DNA from: the human T2T-CHM13v2.0 reference genome, Homo sapiens
Assembly: GCF_009914755.1 (NCBI RefSeq)
Contig: NC_060936.1
Length of the DNA: 64,000 bases
Strand: one strand, 5' to 3'
Shown: positions 47,501 to 64,000 of the stretch, piece by piece
Position numbering within the stretch: the stretch's first letter is position 1
How the letters are laid out: the number at the start of each line of letters is the position of its first letter
Translations under genes and position numbers: made by a program
The notes under the pieces: model-generated
What the model saw: only the letters and a program-made list of their open reading frames with translations
Told to the model about the DNA's origin: nothing
The model's database searches: none

Positions 47501-48589
47501 CTCTCCTTAAGTAAAAGGGAGACACCAATAAACATATAAATCCGTATAGCTTTATTTAGTTTCTAAATTAAATATGGTATATTTAAAGTTGGTGTTTTAG
47601 TGACGCCCTTGAGCTCATTGTCTTAGTTTATTCTGAGAGAATGCAGGATCCATGATTTTTATTCTGGCAGTTCCTTTACTCTTCTCAGCTCCCCATTATG
47701 GCTCCTTTATGGGGCTGTCCACCTCACCTCCCTCCCTCCAGTGGGACATAGAAGTGAAGGAAGATGCTTTTTAGGAAGGCTGATTTATTTAATAATTTTT
47801 AAGAGAGATTCTTCTCTGTGCCTGTTCCCCATCCCTGTCCGTAGTGGAGGCAATGCTAACTTTGTAATAGTATTTTCAGCAGTGGAGGTGGGGAGCGTGG
47901 TCCTGGAGGCAGCCATGTGGGGAAGTCACAGTTGATTGTCTTTAAAGTTCTCACTCTCAGATCCCCCCATAGAGTAAGAAAAGCATCTTTCTTTCTCTAG
48001 GGATGAATAGATTTTCTGTCCATGTCGGGGAGGGGGTTGTAGAGATGGAGGTTCACAGACCTCTCAGATTCTTTCCCTGTTATAACCCCAGCCATGAGTC
48101 TGCTAGATCAGGCGCATGAAAATGACTCTTATCTGTTTTTTTCTGGGTTGCTCCCCTGCTTCTATTTAGAGCTTAAACAGATTACTGAACTCTATGCTAT
48201 CCACTGAATTTTGTAAACACAAGTGCTTAACAATCTATGTTTAAAAGAGGACAGAGAATTTGCTTAACCGCTGAATTCTAGATGACAGATCAAATTGAAT
48301 ATGAAAGAAGAATATTTTTACTCTTCTTCGGAACACTGTCACAGTGGGTGGAGGAAGATCTTTAGATACAATACTTTGAGCAAGTCTAGACATATTTTAG
48401 CTTTAGGTATGCAAGAAAGGGTAGTAAAAGAGACGTTATACATTCATTCGAGAGATATTTCTAGTGTGCCTTTTATGTGGGAGGATTGATTCTATGCACT
48501 AGGGATACAGTGGTAAATAATAATAATAACAAAACACTCAAGATTTTTGTTCTTATAAGTTATGTATTCTGATGGGGGAAAATATACAA

Positions 48590-49260
<671 letters not shown>

Positions 49261-49579
49261 CTGACTGGGAGAAATTAAAAAGTCCTGACTGATATAGAAA
49301 TTTAAAAAGTAACATTTTAGAAAAAGAAGTACTTCTAGCTAGTGATATAGTCTATAAACAAAACAAAACAGGGAGCTGTGACAGAAAATGCCTGGGGTGG
49401 AGTGCAGAGGATACTCTAACTAGAGTGGTTAGGTTAGCTCCCTCAGAGGAGGTTATATTGAAACCTGAAAGATGAGAAGGAGCTAGCCAAGTGAAAATCT
49501 GGAAGAAGTGCATTCAAACTGAAGGAATAGCACATGCAGAATATGAGTGGTGAAAACATTTGGTACATTTATAAAACAT

Positions 49580-50068
<489 letters not shown>

Positions 50069-50442
50069 TTAGTGATGTTAGACTTGACAGATCATGGTAT
50101 TTCATTTTAAGAATAAGCCATCATAGAGTTTTCAGCAGAACATGGATATGATCTGAATTAGATTTTTAGAGTGACTCTTTGAAAAGATCAGACTATTACG
50201 CATGGGGCATCTCTGACTCTAGAAGAAAGCCACAATTCTCTTGATTTGGGGACTCAGAGCATGGAGTTCAGGGCTGACAAAACAGTTGGAAAGTAATAGA
50301 GCAAATCTTAGAAAGGGCAGACCCACAGAGGGAAGCCCCAAATTTTATGTATAAACTCTCCTTTAATTCTTAACTGGCCCTGAACTGTTCACACTTGAGG
50401 GAGTTTTTAAGAAGCCCAGCAAAAGCAATGGCTGAGAGGTGG

Positions 50443-51921
50443 TGAGAGGTGACAGCGTGCTGGCAGCCCTCGCAGCCCTCACTCACTCTCGGTGCCTCCT
50501 TGGCCTCAGCGCCCATTCTGGCCGCACTTGAGGAGCCCTTCAGCCTGCCACTGCACCATGGGAGCCCTTCTCTGGGCTGGCCGAGGCTGGAGCTGGCTCC
50601 CTCGGCTTGCAGGGAGGTGTGGAGGGAGAGGCACAGGTGGGAACCGGGGCTGCGCCCGGCGCTTGCGGGCCAGCTAGAGTTCCGGGTGGGCATGGGCTTG
50701 GCGGCCCCACACTCGGAGCTGCCGGCCAGCCAGCCCTGGACAGTGAGGGGCTTAGCACCCGGGCCAGCAGCTGTGGAGGGTGCGCTGGGTCCCCCAGCAG
50801 TGCTGGCCCACCAGCGCTGCGCTGGATTTCTCACGGGGCTTTAGCTGCCTCCCTGGGGGGCAGGGCTCAGGACCTGCAGCCTGCCATGCCTGAGTCTCCC
50901 TCACTCCCCCCGCAGTGGGTTCCTGCGCGGCCTGAGCCTCCCCGACCAGCACCTCCCCCTGCTTCATGGCACCCAGTCCCACCCACCGCCCAAGGGCTGA
51001 GGAGTGCAGGCACACTGCGCAGGGACTGGCAGGCAGCTCTATCTGCAGCCCCAGTGCGAGATCCACTGGGTGAAGCCAGCTGGGCTTCTGAGTCTAGTGG
51101 GGACTTGGAGAACCTTTATGTCTAGCTAAGGGATTGTAAATACACCAATCAGCACTCTGTATCTAGCTCAAGGTTTGTAAACACACCAATCAGCACCCTG
51201 TGTCTAGCTCGGGGTTTGTGAATGCATCAATCGGCACTCTGTATCTAGCTCAAGGTTTGTAAATACACCAATCAGCACTCTGTGTCTAGCTCAGGGTTCG
51301 TAAATACACCAGTTGACACTGTATCTAGCTAATCTAGTGGGGACGTGGAGAACTTTTGTGTCTAGCTCAGGGATTGTAAAAGCACCAATCAGCACCCTGT
51401 CAAAACAGACCAATCAGCTCTCTGTGAAATAGACCAATCGACTCTCTGTAAAATGGACCAATCAGCAGGATGTGGGTTGGGCCAGATAAGAGAATAAAAG
51501 CAGGCTGCTGGAGCCAGCAGGGGGTCCACACTGTGGGAACTTTGTTCTTTTGCTGTTTGCAATAAATCTTGCTGCTGCTCACTGTTTGGGTCCACACTGC
51601 CTTTATGAGCTGTAACACTCACCACAAAGGTCTGCAGCTTCACTCCTGAAGCCAACAAGACCGCAAACCCACCGGGAGGAACGAACAATTCCAGACCCGC
51701 CACCTTAAGAGAGCTGTAACACTCACCGTGAAGGTCTGCAGCTTCACTCCTGAGGCAGCGAGATTACGAACCCACCAGAAGGAAAAAGCTCCGAACACAT
51801 CCGAACATCAGAAGGAAACAACTCCGGACCCGCTGCCTTTAAGAACTGTAACACTCACTGCGAGGGTCCGCGGCTTCATTCTTGAAGTCAGTGAGACCAA
51901 GAACCCACCAATTCCGACACA
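50443..51921 (+). mobile_element. LTR12 (ERV9; LTR12C-like) solo LTR
   Basis: Starts TGAGAGGTGACAGCGTGCTGGCAG and ends CCACCAATTCCGACACA; 4-bp TSD gtgg (50439-50442, 51922-51925); tandem CCAATCAGCAC repeats. Confidence 0.92.
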
Positions 51922-52130
51922 GTGGGAAGGGTTGAACAGAGATTTTAGTGCTGTCTACTGCAGTAAAGACAGAGTTTGGGGTTTGAGTCATACCAAGTTA
52001 GAAGGATTGGTAAAGTCCTTCTAACTTTACCTTCTAACTTGGGCATTGAAACCCCAGAAGGGTGCCCCTTAGAAATAAACAATACATCCTTGGGCTATAG
52101 GAGTTGCCGCAGGATTGTGGGCAAAAACTA

Positions 52131-52490
<360 letters not shown>

Positions 52491-53065
52491 TCACAAGTTC
52501 AAAGTGATTAGCCAGTAATTTTAAATTTAATTTAAAGTGATTAGCCAAATCAGGCCTTCACCAATTTGAAATGATTAGCCAATAATTAATAATAATTAGT
52601 AAAATTAATACTCTTAGAGGAAGATAATAAAACAATGTATCATCTATAAAGTCCAGTTTAAAATTAAAGTTTATTGTACATACAAAAAACCAGGACAGTG
52701 TGACCCATAGTCCAGAGAAAAAGTAGTTAATAGAAACAGCACTTAGATGATCCAGAAGCTGGCATTAGCAAAGACTTTATAACAGTGTTCATACTTTGTT
52801 CATGGGCAAGGACATAGAAAACCACCAACAGTTTCATAGTCAAACTGCTGAAATAAAAGATAAAGAGAAAATTTTGAAAGCAGTCAGAACTAAGGTCACA
52901 TTTCACATAGGGGAATGATGATATGAATGATGGTTAATTTCTTATCACGAACAAGGGAGGCCACAAGATATCTTTAAAGTACTGTAAGAAATAAAAATTT
53001 CAACCTAAAATTCTATATCCAGCCAACATATACTTACAAAATGAAGGTAAAATAAAGACACTTTC

Positions 53066-53356
<291 letters not shown>

Positions 53357-53535
53357 CTATAGCAGACCTGCTCTACAAGAAATGCTAAGGAAAGTTCTTC
53401 AGGCTGCTGATGAGTGAAACCATATAGAAATATCAAATATACAGGAAAGAATGCAGAGCATTAGAAATCATAAATATAGGGCTCAATTAGAAAGACTGTT
53501 TTTTCCTTAATTTTTTTAAAAGACAAAAATGTTTA

Positions 53536-53836
53536 GGTTGGCGCGGTGGCTTACGCCTGTAATCCCAACACTTTGGGAGGCTGAGGCGGGTGGATCACCT
53601 GAGGTCGGGAGGTTGAGACCAGCCTGACCAACATGGAGAAACACCGTCTCTACTAAAAATACAAAATTAGCTGGGTGTGGTGGTGCATGCCTGTGATCCC
53701 AGATACTTGGGAGGTTGAAGCAGGAGAATCGCTTGAACCCAGGAGGCAGAGGTTGTGGTGAGCCAGATTGCGCCATTGCACTCCAGCCTGGGCAACAAGA
53801 GCAAAAACTCCATCTCAAGAGAGAAAAAAAAAAGAA
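53536..53836 (+). mobile_element. AluSp
   Basis: ggtcggga, catggagaaa diagnostics; TSD aaaagacaaMaatgttta. Confidence 0.88.
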
Positions 53837-54988
53837 AAGACAACAATGTTTAAAAGGAAAATTGTAATATTGTATGTCATGATTTTGTAACATGATACTA
53901 TAAAATATATGACAATAATGACAGATTGGAGGCAAATGGAATTACACTTTAGCAAGATTCTTGTATTTTATATGAAGTGGCACAATGTTAACCCTAATTA
54001 AACTGTGATAAGTTAAAAAGGCATGTTTCAATCTTTAGAACAATCAGTGAAAAATATAAAGAGGATACGTAAGAAACCTAAATAGGATGTAAATTATTAT
54101 ACTAATAAAATAATATTATGCCAAAAGAAGGCAGGAAAAGAGGAGCAGAGGAAGAGTATACAGATGGGACAAGGATAAACAGCAAAGTGGTAGACCTAAA
54201 TCCAACTGTATAATTTTTTACGCAGAAAAACTAAACATTCCAATTACAAGGCAGAGATTGTCAGACTGAATTTAAAAAGTTTGATCCAAGTATATAGTGT
54301 TTATAAATGATGTATTTTAAATATAACAACAGAGCAGTTGAAATCAACAGGATGGAAAATGAATATATCCTGTAAACAGTTAACAAAAGAAAACTAGTGT
54401 GAATATGTTAATATCAGACAAAAGTAACCAAAAAGATGTTTTAAAATAATGAAAGGGTCAATTCATCTGCACAATAAAACAATCATATACCTATCTAGAG
54501 AATCAAAATATCTGATACTAAAACTAACAGAGCAAAAGGCGTAATCGTAGGTAGATAATTTATTGTCCTTCTCTTACTAATTGACAGAATTAGCTATACA
54601 GAAAAATCAGTAAGAATATAGACAATTCTAGCACAAACACCTTGAGATCTGATGTTCACAGAACATTACTCCAGAAAAAGAATACACATTTTTTCAAGTA
54701 CAATGGAATATTAATCAAGATAGAGCATATATTGATCCATAATAAAAATTTTCAAAAGATAAAATAATACAAAGTATGTTCTCTGACCACAAAGGAATTA
54801 AATTAGAAATAAAAATCAAATATACACACACACAGACACACAGACACACACTCTGTCTGCTGTCTCTCTCCCTCTCTCTCTCTCTTTCTGTCTCTCCCCC
54901 TCTCTCTGTCTCTCCCTCCACCCAACCCCCGCCCCCCGCCAATTCTCTTTCTCTCTCCAAATATTTAGAAATTAAAAAACACACTTCA

Positions 54989-55328
<340 letters not shown>

Positions 55329-56959
55329 TCAAAATGCCTATGGATCAAAGAAGAATTTAGAAGATAAATTATAAAATATTTCTAACTGAATGATGAAGTT
55401 ATATAAAAATGTATGAGATGTGACAAAACAGTGCTTAGGGTAAGTTTATATTTTAGATGCTTATATTAGAAAAGAAAAAAGTTGCAAATCATTGCTCTGT
55501 TTTTATTGTAAGGGGTTGGGAAAAGAACAAATCGAATCAAAAGTAAGTAGGAAGGAGGAAATAATAAAGCAAATAAGAGCAGAAATAAAAAAGGAAAAGG
55601 AAAAAGAAAAACAATAGAGAAAATAAATCCACATGTTGATTATTTGAGAACATTAATAAGACTAGAAGTTTCTAGAAATATTGGTTAAGAAGCAAAGAGA
55701 GAAAACACAAATTACCAATGTCAAGAATTAAAGATGGAATTTCATTACAGATCTAAAGAGATAAAAAGTACAGGGAATGCCAGTTTATGCCAATAAATTC
55801 TAAAAAATCCACTAACGAAATATAATAGAAAAAAATTCTTGATAGTCATAACTTAACAAAACTGACATAAGAAGAAATAATCCACATAGCTATATATTTA
55901 TATAAGAAATTGAGTTCATTATCAAAAACCTCTTTAGAAAGAGATTTCTTGGCATAAATGGTTCCCTTTTTTTGTGCTCTTGGGGACTTGTAGCTGCCAT
56001 CCTTCTCTTAAGCAAAAGGGAGAGTCAAGGCTTCACTTATTTATTTACTTTATTTAATTCTATTGTAGCATTTATGATGTGCCACCTACTGTTCTGAGCA
56101 CTTTATAAATAATAACTTACCTGTCAGAGATGTGATTCATAGTAAGGACACGAAGAGAAAATTTCAGGAATGTTTATTTTCTACAATATATGCAAGTAAT
56201 GTATGCTTAACAGAATTGTTTTCTACCCACTGGTGACAGAAACTTGTGGGCAAATGGGAATATGCCTTTAAATGTGTACTCTGATGGCAGGAGCAATCAG
56301 TCAGTGGCTTACTCTCATTTTCTCTCTGTACTGTGTATGCCGAATAGAAAACAATTGTTAAAACCTGGAATATGAGGCTAAACTGTAATGCTTTCTTTTT
56401 CCTGTTCTTGCTGCATGATTTTCTGCCTTTCAGGCTCATGCTATTTCCTTGGATCTCTACATTTTTTTTAAAATTTGTTATTTCCAACTTTTTATTTTGA
56501 GTTCAGGTGTACATCTGCAGGATGTGCAGGTTGTTACATTGGTAAATGTGTGCCATGGTGGTTTGTTACACAGATTATCCCATCACCCAGGTATTAAGCC
56601 CAGCATCCATTAACTTTTATTCCTGATCCTCTCCCTTCTCCCACCACCCCCCATACTCTCCTACAGGCCCCAGTGTGTGTTGTTCCCCTCCATGTGTCCA
56701 TGTGTTTTCATCATTTAGCTCCCAGTTATAAGTGAGAACATGTGGTATTTGGTTTTCTGTTCCTGCATTAGTTTGCTGAGGATAATGGCTCCAGCTCTAT
56801 CCATGTCCCTACAAAGGACATGATCTCATTCCTTTTTATGCTGCATAGTATTACATGGTATGTATGTACCATAATTTCTTTATCCAGTCAGTCATGGGTG
56901 GACATTTAGGTTGATTCCATGCCTTTGCTTTTGTGAATAGTGCTGCAGTGAACATGTGA

Positions 56960-57284
<325 letters not shown>

Positions 57285-57512
57285 ATGTGCATGTGTCTTT
57301 ATAATAGAACAATTTATATTCTTTTGGGTATATACCCAGTTATATACCCAGTATATACCCAGTAATGGGATTGCTGGGTTGAGTGGTATTTCTGCCTCTA
57401 GGTCTTTGAGGAATTGCCACACTCTCTTCCACAATGGTTGAACTGACTTGTACTCCCACCAACAGTGTAAAAGTGTTCCTTTTTCTCCACAACCCCACCA
57501 GCATCTGTTTGC

Positions 57513-58128
<616 letters not shown>

Positions 58129-58681
58129 CTTTTTGACTTTTTAATACTAGCCATTCTGACTGGTGTGAGATAGTATCTCATTGTGGTTTTGATTTGCATT
58201 TCTGTAATGATCAGTGATCTTGAGCTTTTTTCCTGTTTGCTGTCCATGTGTATGTCTTCTTTTGAGAAGTGTCTGTTCATGGTTTTATGTCTGGAAATCA
58301 ACTCTGAATAAAATATCTATCTTTAGCTGTCTCCACAACAGTGACTAGTATTTAATTACAACTAGGTAAGCCATTACAGAGCAGTTTTGCAATATTTGAG
58401 AATTGGATTGACTTGTTATTGATCTGATTTGATAATTTTTGTTAATTGATGTATGCTAATAAGAAGCTAATAATGTTTCATAAAAGAGTATTTGGAAGTA
58501 TTTTTCAAACATTATTGAGGAACCTTTATCCCTTTGTTCACAGCACAGTACTAGGCCCTATTTAGTCCAGCAATTTTTCTAAGTATTGTTCTGATAGCAA
58601 AAAAATATACATATCAGTTGATCAGTTTTCTGGGTGCTCTCTTACCTTAAATGGTAGATGCTCAAAGGTTATGGATGTGAG

Positions 58682-58882
58682 TAATCATAGCTCACTGCAG
58701 CTTTGACCCCCTGGGTTCAGGTGATCCTCCCGCCTCAGCCTCCTCAGTAGCTTGGACTACAGGAGTGAGCCACCATGCTCAGCTAATTCCTTTTTTACTT
58801 TTTAATTTGTAGAGATGGGGTCTTGCCTTGTTACTCAGGCCTGTCTTGAATTCCTGGCTTCAAGTAATATTCCTGCATTGGT
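58682..58882 (-). mobile_element. AluJ fragment
   Basis: atcatagctcactgcagc motif. Confidence 0.75.
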
Positions 58883-61024
58883 CTATTCCTGCCTTTTTAG
58901 CGGAGTGAGATGTGACTAAGGCATTTCAAAGCACTCTATCTTCAGAACTACCTGCTACCTATCTCAATTGCAGGTTCATTATTTTCTATTTTTGGCTTAT
59001 ATCCTGTAGTAATCAAAGATTGGCTTGAAAACAATATTGGCACAGACCATCATTATGAGCACGAATACTATTCTAAAAATAAATGAAAAAGGCGTCTACC
59101 TCTAACTACAGAAAAGCTATGATGAAGGCATTTTGACTGTTCGGCCAGTGGAACTCAGTGACATAGCAGGTATTAAGAAATAACTTTTCTGTAAGATACT
59201 TTCTTTTGGGCATCTAATTTGCTCATTTTTAGTTGAGAATTTCAAATACTTATTTTTTCAGAGCTTTTGTATGTATTTTAATGTTACCAGAGAATTAGCT
59301 TATTCAAGAATGGAAGATCATAAATCATTACATGACATATTGTACAGGAAGACATTGAGCATAATTTGTTGATAATGCCCACTCACAAAGGTATTTTTGA
59401 ATCTTTCCATCTTCCAGTTATGACAGTTAAGATAATAGTGTGCTTTCCCACTCTACCATCAAGTAGTGTGTCGTGCCTTATGGTACAAAGAAATTTTCAT
59501 GAAATAAAATTCAACCAGTCTTTGAATTCTTAATACCTTAATAGCAATATGAAATTTCTGTAAAATCCACAGATTATAGCTTTCTTTTTTCCCCTCTTGA
59601 TTCTTATTTTGTGGCAAAGAGAGAAAGATAAAAAATGATGATGCAAATGAGATGTTTTATAGCACTGGAAAATATCTTGAAATAAAAGATAAGTCAGACT
59701 CTAAAATGTAGGGGCAATATGAGGATGTAGGAAGATCGGTAGAGAATTTCATCAAAGGTGCCATGAGAAATAAAATCTTAGGAAGAGGATGCTCAATAGT
59801 GATGGATGCTTGAGGAGAGACAGAGGATTTTGCAAACTGATTAAAGGTGATAGAAATAATAGTTTCTAATTAAAACTGCTTCTAATTAAAACTCCTTTTA
59901 ATGGAAGGATAATACTTAGTGAATTTGAGTTCTCAAAGTACTGACTTACAGTTTAAATATGAAAGTCTCATTTTTCTTCTAATAGGGTTAGTAGAGTATA
60001 ATTAGGCAAACTTAACAAGTGTTGTGCAGCACAGAGATTATTTTAAAAGTTAAGTATTTGAGAATCCACTTTAATCAAAACCTTTTAGTATGTGAGAATA
60101 TAATTACATTTTACAAATATATTTGAAATTCTCTTTACTATATGATGGAAAGGTATCAAATTCATCCAACATTCAGAGGTTTAGTACCCTAATGACGTTC
60201 TTATTTAACAATTAATTTTAATACCAAAATGCAATAAAACACATTTAGCTATCTTCTTGCTTGTCCTGGATATTAATAAAAATCTGAGGCTTATGCTGAG
60301 GCAGGAAAACATTCGTTAATTTTATGTCATTAAAAAAAGAAAACTGTACTCACTTTTGTTCTAATCTTAAATTTTGTCTTTCTTTCTGTACAGTTTCTAC
60401 CTATTTTTACTGTATCTTTCCAGTTAGTTTTAATTTTTTCGTTTTATTTTATTTTATTTTTTCCTTTTATATTTCTCAAAATTTCATTCTGAGAGCCTTT
60501 TACCAACAAGGCTCTCAGAAGAATACTTTGATAAGTTCTCTTAAAGCTTTGCTATTTTATTTTTGTCTTTTGCATTCCTTTTTCTCTACCTTAAAGCTAT
60601 CTGCATATACTTGTTTTCTCTTTCATTTCTTTTATTCTTCCAACTGCCTTTTGATCATTTATTATTAAAGCCAGTGAGTTATAATTATTTTTTGTTGTAG
60701 CTTGCTTTTAATCTGAGCTGAAAAATCCATGTTTTTTTTCATTTGTTATATTCTAGTCTTACATTTTAACTCCCTTCTTTTCATTTCTTTATTCTGTTCT
60801 ATTTTCCTATCTTAGTTTTTCCCACATTGGTAATTATTGCTTTTTTTCTCTTTGGACTAGATAAATTTCTTACTTCAATAACATTGTAGGAAGGAATGAA
60901 AATAGTGAAGACAACAAGACATTTAACTTTTGCATTACAATAAATAGGAAGGAATTATGGAACTTTAATTTGTCTCCTCATTTCATGGGTAAGAGGTCAG
61001 AAAGTTATATTAAAAAACATATTA

Positions 61025-61366
<342 letters not shown>

Positions 61367-61948
61367 TCATATAGTCTATTTTCCCCAACCATTTTGTTAG
61401 TCTACACAGGTTCTAGGATAGTTGATCCTGCACTTTTAGCATTCTTTTTAATTTGACATGTTTTTCAGTTTAAGTCCTTTGTCAATATAGCACAGAATGA
61501 GTACTCCGTTTGTATCAGTTGAATTAATTTGAGCTAGTATCTAATGTACTGAGTTCATTACCATTTAAATATGCACTGAAATCCTTCATTTCTGGAAGAG
61601 TAATGGGGATATCAAATTAGATCCGCAGGGATGAAGTGAGGCCAGGGTCACTGAAATCCCTCTGGGGATGCAGGTGGGAATTACATTTTCTCACTAATAA
61701 ATAACATTTGACATTTGATAAGTATTCTTAAGTTCAGGGGAGCTGAACTTGTTCATACAAACTGTGTTAATTATCTTCCGTAAAAAACAGGTTAGCCTCT
61801 ATAATTTTGAGCTGCAAGTAATAGATACAAGTCGCCCAAAATTATTTTGTAAATGATGTATTTGTAAGAAGTTAAATACAAACAGCTTCTTTACAGCAGT
61901 AAGATTTGCTTAAACTCAGGACAGGGGGTTGAAAAGAATGGTGGGGAA

Positions 61949-61974
61949 GTGTGTGTGTGTGTGTGTGTGTGTGT
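61949..61974. repeat. (GT)n microsatellite
   Basis: Perfect GT run. Confidence 0.9.
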
Positions 61975-63599
61975 GAGAAAAGAGTCAGAATCGGGTAGGG
62001 CAACAGGATAAGTAGAAAGGGTTGTGCTAAAGGTGTGCCGGGAGCCATCTGACTTGTACTGGAGATCCAGTAGCTGAATGTCACTATCAACAGTAGTGAG
62101 GGCTCAGAACGCTGAAGCAGGTTTACATGATATATTTTTATTTTATTTTTTTGAGATACCTGGAAATCCACATCTGAGCTCTTGGGATATGCTGTTGCTT
62201 TTTGCTTTCAGTAGCTTAAGCAATTCAACTTGGCTTATATGTTTCTCATTTGTAATCTAAAAGTCATGCAGGACTGTGTCCAATAAAGTTTCTCTCATAA
62301 ATTCATTTCTGTATCTCTTGATTATTTTCTTTGCCTTTTCCTCTGACTGTGACTTTGGTTGGATTGATTATCTAGCTGCCTAAAATTCAAAGAATTAAAT
62401 TTGGGACAGGGCCTAGAACAAAAACCTGTTGGGCTACTTTATTTACTATTGAAAGGAAGAATGACAAATTATCACTCCATTATTGGGCCGGGCTAACAGT
62501 GAATAAGGGAAAGAAATCAGAGGCTACTTTACCTTGCACTCATGTCCTACTCACTCTTCTCTCTTCCCCATTATATATTACGTTTTTTTTTCCCCTGGGA
62601 TGATATGAGTCCACAAGCTTCATCTGGAAAACCCGCATTTAGTCCCACTTGGTCCACTTATTCATATGGAATAATTCTGATGGCTTAAACTTTTAGTCTT
62701 CAAAATTGAAAACCTTGTTGGGATAGTTTTGATTGGCTTAGTTCTTTTGAGTAAAATACTTAGTATCTCAGAATTCTTCTTCCTCTCCTCCAAGATGTCA
62801 TCTGAAGGTACAAGAGAAAAGTGTGCCCTTCATGATCTGCATGGTATCCAGTGGCTCATCCTGTTCTCATGACTTTGTCCTTTCCTTTCCGGTTATTGTT
62901 CACCTTGCATTTATGATGAAGAACAACAGCTAGTGTAACTCATGATTTGATTTATCTAGGATTGTTCAGGTGTGGTGGCATTCTCTGGCTGATTTTGCTC
63001 TCTGAGTCTCTGTTGTTTCCTAGAGTTGAGACACACCTTCTTGCCATGCGGGGCCCAACCAGACTGTGGGCTTTCAACTTGGTTTCCTCTGATATTGTCT
63101 TGTCATTTCTAGGGTCATTCAAGAGCTTAGGTTGATCTTCAAGATGTCGTTTTCTAGGAAACTCAGCTCATATCTAGCTGCCAGATGGAGGATAAGAGGA
63201 TGGAGAAGACATTCTTATTTGCTCAGTAATCTTGGACAATTTATAGAAATTTTGCAGTGCACTGAATATGGTAATATCTCACAGCCTTGTTAGAATGATT
63301 ATACAATTTCAAATATTTTTTGAGCCTTTAACCTGTCCTGTCTACCTTCTGAAGCTCCCCTCCCCTCACCTTTTCTGAGCTTCCACTTTCTTCCTGCCTC
63401 ATAGACACACAGGATAATTTTCATTAAGGTATTGCGTTTTCCAATGCTGTGCTTAGCATAGTTTCTGATATATAGATACTCAGTAAATATTTGTTGAATA
63501 AATGTTGGATAAACAAGACCTATGAAGTAAATAATTATACTTAGTTTAAAATACTATATAGAAATAAGTATTACTAGTATTTTGTCATATCCTTTCCCT

Positions 63600-64000
63600 C
63601 AATACCCCTCTCTTTTAAATTATTTTATGACAGTGACATGTAATTAATTTTTCTTATTTTTAAACATCTTACTGTGTCAATAAGCATATATTTTCATAAT
63701 GTGTAATGTATAGTATAAACCCAATTTTAATGTCTGCTTATTGTTCCATTGAGTGTGTCTAACATAATTTATTTCATAGTTTTCTTGAATTTGGGGTGTT
63801 TTCTATTTTCCTCTTTTATAAACAGAGCTTCAAAGAATGTCCATGTACATACATACATTAAAAATTATGCTCATTTGCACAATATATTTAAGAAAAATGC
63901 CTAGAATTAGAATTTTTGAGTCAAAGAATGTGCACATTTTTCACTTGGTATATATTTCCAGGTTGTCCTATGAACTTTGATCTTCAATTTGGAGAAATAT
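63600..64000 (-). mobile_element. L1ME-like 3'UTR fragment
   Basis: ttgttccattgagtgtgt...gaattagaatttttgagtcaaag motif. Confidence 0.55.

Overview
This is primate (most likely human) genomic DNA, dense in Alu, L1, L2, MIR and LTR repeats, covering the 5' end of TMEM117 on the + strand. A CpG-island promoter (~22.4-23.2 kb) carries a non-coding exon 1 with its donor at 22921. The first coding exon is 31348-31652 (ATG at 31376, MGKDFRYYFQHPWSR...). I recognise no further TMEM117 exon in the remaining 32 kb. Nearly all other ORFs in the track are repeat or GC-rich artefacts. Large insertions are a MER11 solo LTR, an LTR12 (ERV9) solo LTR in the sense orientation, an MLT1 LTR and L1 remnants. The most unusual unexplained structure is a cluster of four short (115-200 bp) non-tandem local duplications around the promoter. 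One is a circular permutation of a 115-bp unit with terminal microhomologies, as expected from re-integration of a DNA circle. Also notable are a TSD-flanked, polyadenylated insertion made of an antisense ancient L1 fragment, a minisatellite of nine 5' splice sites, and an AG|GT recursive-splice-like start to the coding exon. Repeat subfamily names are from recalled consensus motifs, not a database search.
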